A stretch of DNA of 64,000 bases from an uncultured Bacilli bacterium (lineage in GTDB: Bacteria; Bacillota_I; Bacilli_A; Izemoplasmatales; UBA1188), in NCBI GenBank assembly GCA_905235635.1, contig CAJOMC010000012.1:59-64058 (forward strand). The letters run 5' to 3'. Each line of letters opens with the position of its first letter. The stretch's first letter is position 1. The notes beneath the pieces were generated by a model. It worked only from the letters and a program-made list of their open reading frames with translations. It was not told where the DNA came from and did not search any database. Positions 59,911-64,000 of this stretch are shown piece by piece. Both the position numbers and the translations under genes were made by a program.

Positions 59911-60354
59911 ATGAAGGATAAAGGTTCAAGCGATCACATTAAAATCATTAATATAGTGCTTTACATACTAATAGTTTTAGTCCTATTAGCTTTTTCTATA
60001 TTTAATTATTTTGTATTTACGGGCATACTGCTTTTTATCCCTATTTTATTTTCTTTAATAGTTATATATTTAACCATTTTCTTCTCATATGTATTAATAA
60101 TCAATCCTATCAAATATAAAATAATAGATTTAATTATCGATAAAGAATATCTAAAGATTGTTTATAAAGATAGAGAATCCATTTATAAGTATAAGGACGT
60201 AGTAGAATATAAAACCATCACAAATAGAAAAGGTGATATCACAAAAATCATTATATTATTCAATTTAAATAGTGAATTATTAATTAAAAATAGATTAACT
60301 AATGAATACGAGGAGATTATCTCATACATCGAGGGGCAGTCACATGAAAATTAA
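59911..60354 (+). CDS. Small membrane protein, possibly YdbS-like (bPH_2)
   Basis: 147 aa. Two TM spans followed by a short soluble domain. Paired with a larger membrane-flanked-domain protein, as in YdbS/YdbT. Confidence 0.4.
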   Translation: MKDKGSSDHIKIINIVLYILIVLVLLAFSIFNYFVFTGILLFIPILFSLIVIYLTIFFSYVLIINPIKYKIIDLIIDKEYLKIVYKDRESIYKYKDVVEYKTITNRKGDITKIIILFNLNSELLIKNRLTNEYEEIISYIEGQSHEN

Positions 60355-61618
60355 ACCTTCTTTCTTTAAACCCCTACTTATTTCTATATTGATTGAATTG
60401 TTTATCAACCTTCTTCTTTTACTATGGATAGAAGATATCATTTCTATTGTATTTTTAGGAAATGTTCAGCTATTCATAATACTCGATGTACTCTTATTCT
60501 TACTTATCCTATTTATTATTAAATTCTTTCTTTTTAGAATAGAATATACATTCAAGGAGAATAAGGTAATAATTGAGAAGAAACATCCATTCTCTTCAAC
60601 AAGTAGAACTATATTAATAAATAGTTCTGATCTAATAATTGATGAACACTTTAATCTACTATTTAATATTTTTCAACTAGAACGACTCAAGATATATAAT
60701 ACAAGACTTAAAAAGATTGTATCTATAATAGTGAAAAAATACGACGCTAGTGAGGTTATTAATCTTGTGAAAAGGAGAAATATAGATAAACAACCTTACT
60801 CTCTTGGAAAAGATTTCTATTATGACAATAGAAATATCTTTACCATAATAGTCAATACATTACTCTTATTTATTTTGATATATCTTTTGGGTTTATTAAT
60901 GATATATGGATTTAATATAAGCTCAATAGGCTCCTATAATATTACTATATATTTCTCGGTCGGATTAATAGTTATTTTCCTATTTACTACTTTCGTTGAT
61001 ATAGCTCATCAAATAAACACACAAGTAAGAATTAGTGATTATAACTTATCACTTGAAAGAGGTTACATATTTAAAAGAAGAATAGATATGCCTTTAAAAA
61101 AGATTGATGCGATAAGCGTTAAATCAAATATTTCTTCAAGAATATTTAATTCATATATTTTAAAACTACCACTCACAAAAAGAACTAATTTAAGCGTTCC
61201 AATTAAACAAGAATTTCTTGATACTATGTTTATTTTTAAAAAAGGCGAATATGAGTCTAAGGGATCAAAAATTAATATATTTAGTTTAATACTAATTATT
61301 GTTTTAATTGTATTTTCTTTCGTTCTATTTATGTTTATTAAACCACTCCTTGGGATAATAATTTCTCTTCTTCTTTTATTATTCTATCTTGAGTGTATGA
61401 CATCAAGAGCATCAAAAATAGGGAAAAATAGTATTACATTTAAAAATGGCATAATATTTCAAAGAACCAAGATATTAAGTATTCAAATTATCCAAAAAAT
61501 TAAAATAAGGAAGTTTTTGTTTAAACAAAACATCCTTACTTTTAAAACTTATAAAAAGTCTTATATTTTTATTATTGATAGAGAGAAATGTGAAGAAATA
61601 AAAGAAAAACTTAAATAA
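60344..61618 (+). CDS. Multi-repeat membrane protein, possibly YdbT-like (bPH_2 repeats)
   Basis: I chose the ATG at 60344, after gagggg; the track start is 60302. TM pairs alternate with soluble modules of about 80 aa. Overlaps the upstream gene by 11 nt. Confidence 0.45.
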   Translation: MKIKPSFFKPLLISILIELFINLLLLLWIEDIISIVFLGNVQLFIILDVLLFLLILFIIKFFLFRIEYTFKENKVIIEKKHPFSSTSRTILINSSDLIIDEHFNLLFNIFQLERLKIYNTRLKKIVSIIVKKYDASEVINLVKRRNIDKQPYSLGKDFYYDNRNIFTIIVNTLLLFILIYLLGLLMIYGFNISSIGSYNITIYFSVGLIVIFLFTTFVDIAHQINTQVRISDYNLSLERGYIFKRRIDMPLKKIDAISVKSNISSRIFNSYILKLPLTKRTNLSVPIKQEFLDTMFIFKKGEYESKGSKINIFSLILIIVLIVFSFVLFMFIKPLLGIIISLLLLLFYLECMTSRASKIGKNSITFKNGIIFQRTKILSIQIIQKIKIRKFLFKQNILTFKTYKKSYIFIIDREKCEEIKEKLK

Positions 61619-62135
61619 GATTCTTATATATTTCATCCACTTCTTGGGCTAAAAACTCTATAGTTTGAGTATTAGATTCAAGAACAAAATTTATATCTTC
61701 AAGGTTTTCTAGACTGAAGGCATCATCATCGCCTTCAATTCTTTTTTTAATAAGAATAGGATCGTCCCCTCTATCTTTCATCCTTTTTTCTCTTAATTCT
61801 TTTGAAGAATCTAGATAGAAAGATACCACATTTTTAAGTTTTGCATATTTTTTTAATCCTTGAGGTTCAAGGATAACAACCTTATTATTCTTAATATCTT
61901 TAATTGCGGTACCATAGTAATTATCATTATAAAGTGCGGTCTCAAAGAAGAATCCCTCTTCTTTCAGTTTTACAAATTCTTCTTTAGTAACAAAATTATA
62001 GTCGATACCATCAATTTCTTTTATTCTTTTTTCTCTTGTGGTATAAGTGACTAGTTTTTCATATCCAAACTCTTTTACAAGTATTTTCGCAACTTCTGTC
62101 TTTCCACTTGCGCTTTTTCCAACTAATACAATCAT
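61611..62135 (-). CDS. Guanylate kinase-like protein
   Basis: 174 aa. P-loop VGKSASGKT and TYTTREKRIKEIDGIDYNFVTKEEF. It is shorter than canonical Gmk. Confidence 0.7.
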   Translation of the reverse strand: MIVLVGKSASGKTEVAKILVKEFGYEKLVTYTTREKRIKEIDGIDYNFVTKEEFVKLKEEGFFFETALYNDNYYGTAIKDIKNNKVVILEPQGLKKYAKLKNVVSFYLDSSKELREKRMKDRGDDPILIKKRIEGDDDAFSLENLEDINFVLESNTQTIEFLAQEVDEIYKNLI

Positions 62136-62767
62136 TTCCCTGTCCTCTTTAAAAATGGTTTTAAAAATTGATTATTTGATAATTCATCTTTAATTGTTGA
62201 TTTACTGTAGTGTCCAGGTAGAATCACCTTTCTCTTTGAGAATGATGAAACTATATAGGATAAACTATTATTCATATCATTCATTGACCCACCTGGCAAA
62301 TCACACCTTCCAATGGTGCCTTTAAATAAAGTATCTCCAGTAAAGATAAAATTTCCTATTTCAATTACTGAACTACCTTTTGTGTGACCTGGGGTATGGT
62401 GATAGATAAACCCATCCACATTATCCTTATTCTTCACTTTAAACACATTTCTTATATCTTTTAAAGTGGCTTTAGCGCCAAGCCCAATTGATTGGTTTAA
62501 ATCAGGATCTTTAAGGCATTTATAATCATCTTCATGAATATATGTCTTAATACTGCCATATGCTTTATATAGTTTATCTAAATCTCTAAAATGATCAAAA
62601 TGTCCATGAGTTAATAGAATCCTTGAAGGCATTAATTCGTTTTGATTAAGAAATTTAGAAATTAATTCATAGTTAAAACCAGGATCAATAATAGAAACAT
62701 CTTTATTTCTTATAACTATATATGCATTTTCATCAACGATATTATTTGAAAGACAATATATTTTCAT
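62132..62767 (-). CDS. MBL-fold metallo-hydrolase
   Basis: 211 aa. LLTHGHFDH, HTPGHTKGS and PGH motifs. Confidence 0.85.
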   Translation of the reverse strand: MKIYCLSNNIVDENAYIVIRNKDVSIIDPGFNYELISKFLNQNELMPSRILLTHGHFDHFRDLDKLYKAYGSIKTYIHEDDYKCLKDPDLNQSIGLGAKATLKDIRNVFKVKNKDNVDGFIYHHTPGHTKGSSVIEIGNFIFTGDTLFKGTIGRCDLPGGSMNDMNNSLSYIVSSFSKRKVILPGHYSKSTIKDELSNNQFLKPFLKRTGK

Positions 62768-62811
62768 ATCTCAATTATATAACATTATTTAATATTCTAA
62801 GAATATAAAAT

Positions 62812-62839
62812 AAAAAACTTCAGCGTTACTGAAGTTTTT
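62812..62839 (-). terminator. Rho-independent terminator after rpmG
   Basis: Stem aaaacttcag / ctgaagtttt with loop cgtta. Followed by ttttttatttta on the minus strand. Confidence 0.75.
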
Positions 62840-62998
62840 CTATTTCTTTTCTTTGTGTAAAGTTTCTTTCTTGCACTTAGGGCAATACTTTCTAACTTCC
62901 ATTTTTTCTGCGTGTAATTTTTTGTTTCTAGTTGCGTTATAATTCTCATTACCGCATTCACTGCACTTTAAAATTACCTTAAGCCTTGTATCTGCCAT
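62840..62998 (-). CDS. rpmG: 50S ribosomal protein L33 (zinc-ribbon form)
   Basis: 52 aa: MADTRLKVILKCSECGNENYNATRNKKLHAEKMEVRKYCPKCKKETLHKEKK. RBS ggaggg lies 4 nt upstream. The 110-aa track ORF is an artefactual 5' extension. Confidence 0.9.
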   Translation of the reverse strand: MADTRLKVILKCSECGNENYNATRNKKLHAEKMEVRKYCPKCKKETLHKEKK

Positions 62999-63060
62999 AC
63001 TACCCTCCAAAATTACTATAGAAATATTATCATTCTTTTCAATATAAATCAATACTCTAA

Positions 63061-63069
63061 TGATATAAT
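63061..63069 (+). promoter_or_regulatory. Extended -10 element (TGATATAAT) upstream of ispG
   Basis: Matches TGnTATAAT. It ends 6 nt before the only plausible ispG start codon. Confidence 0.4.
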
Positions 63070-63075
63070 TATCGT

Positions 63076-64000
63076 GTGAATAGACGTGAAACTTTAAGAA
63101 TAAAAATAGGAAATATCTATATAGGTGCCTCAAGTCACGTAGTAATCCAAAGTATGTCCACAAAACTTCCATCTAATACTAGTGAAGCCATCAAGGAATC
63201 TAAGAGATTAATTAAGGCTGGATGTGAAATTATTAGATTTGCGGTTAAGACAAATGAGGATGCGGTCGCGTTTAGAGAACTTAAAAAAGCGCTAAATGTC
63301 CCACTAGTTGCGGACATCCATTTCGATTATAAACTAGGTGTTGAGGCAATTAGGGCTGGAGTAGATGCGATTAGATTTAATCCTGGAAATATTGGAAAAG
63401 ACTCAAATTTAAAAGCTTTAGTAGATGAGTGTATTAAATATAATATTCCAGTTAGAATTGGGGTGAATAGTGGTTCAATAAATCCTAAATTTTTAAACTC
63501 AAATCTATCAATGGTAGATAAGGCGGTTGAATCTTTAAAATATTACGTTAAACTATCAGAAGAATATGGCCTTAAAAATATAGTTTTATCTATCAAAATG
63601 AGTAATGTGAATGATACAATTGAAGCATACGAAAAAATATCAAAGCTATTTAGTTATCCTCTTCATTTAGGATTAACTGAGGCAGGTTTTGGGGAAGATG
63701 CCATTATTAAATCAACTAGCGCATTAAGCATACTTCTAAATAAAGGAATAGGAGATACTATTAGAGTATCACTCACAGGGGACCCTGTAAAAGAGGTTAA
63801 GGTTGCAAAAAAGATATTATCCTCGCTTAATCTAATAGATGCGCCAGATTTAATTAGTTGTCCAACTTGTGGAAGAACTGAAGTTAACCTTGAGTCATAT
63901 GCAAAAAAAGTATCTAATATGTTGAAAAAGGTTAATAAAAAATTAACCGTTGCGGTCATGGGTTGTGTGGTAAATGGGCCAGGAGAAGCAAGAGAAGCTG
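63076..64000 (+). CDS. ispG: 4-hydroxy-3-methylbut-2-en-1-yl diphosphate synthase (5' part, runs off the window)
   Basis: Open frame from a GTG at 63076: (M)NRRETLRIKIGNIYIGASSHVVIQSMS..AGCEIIRFAV..PLVADIHFDY..IRFNPGNIG..RIGVNSGS. It is not in the ORF track because no stop falls within the window. Confidence 0.85.
   Translation, partial: MNRRETLRIKIGNIYIGASSHVVIQSMSTKLPSNTSEAIKESKRLIKAGCEIIRFAVKTNEDAVAFRELKKALNVPLVADIHFDYKLGVEAIRAGVDAIRFNPGNIGKDSNLKALVDECIKYNIPVRIGVNSGSINPKFLNSNLSMVDKAVESLKYYVKLSEEYGLKNIVLSIKMSNVNDTIEAYEKISKLFSYPLHLGLTEAGFGEDAIIKSTSALSILLNKGIGDTIRVSLTGDPVKEVKVAKKILSSLNLIDAPDLISCPTCGRTEVNLESYAKKVSNMLKKVNKKLTVAVMGCVVNGPGEAREA

Noticed and set aside
62999-63172. 110-aa ORF 62840-63172 from the track
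   Set aside because: Only the last 52 codons match ribosomal protein L33, and these have their own RBS. The 5' extension is hydrophobic AT-rich read-through that overlaps the ispG start region.

Overview
Very AT-rich (by eye, not computed), compact, low-GC Firmicutes/Mycoplasmatota-like chromosome segment. It uses the standard code: thyA ends at a TGA exactly where homologues end. Almost all genes are on the minus strand, and many have overlapping start and stop codons. Core content: (1) an eight-gene, translationally coupled shikimate-to-tyrosine operon (342-8650) with two fusions, AroE-AroK and chorismate mutase-AroB; (2) thyA-folA, htpG, and a riboflavin transporter under an FMN riboswitch; (3) pepO and a GH31 glycosidase; (4) tRNA-Pro(UGG), xerD, hemW, lepA and the hrcA-grpE-dnaK-dnaJ operon with twin CIRCE operators; (5) an RNA-modification/helicase operon, ispH, a P-type ATPase-glgA-glgC operon, rpmG and the 5' part of ispG. 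Two patches (about 17.2-19.7 kb and 26.2-30.0 kb) are accessory and decaying. They hold at least six gene relics, including an internally deleted cstA, frameshifted lipoprotein and TfoX-like genes, a wHTH remnant and an ATPase remnant. They also hold orphan genes: DUF4256, a standalone EF-Tu domain-III-like ORF and a Cys-rich 56-aa ORF; a SecB-like orphan ORF lies between the two patches at 24186-24596. The least explained signal is a family of AAA+ ATPase/PD-(D/E)xK (COG1373/DUF4143-type) genes, two intact and one relic. Each is preceded by short repeats spaced exactly 33 bp apart, including a perfect 4 x 33-bp phased array at 28295-28414. A second candidate is a four-gene operon (54718-59851) led by an ABC ATPase that has lost all its catalytic motifs. 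No CRISPR array, rRNA, transposase or prophage was seen. All family assignments come from motif recognition by eye, not from database searches.
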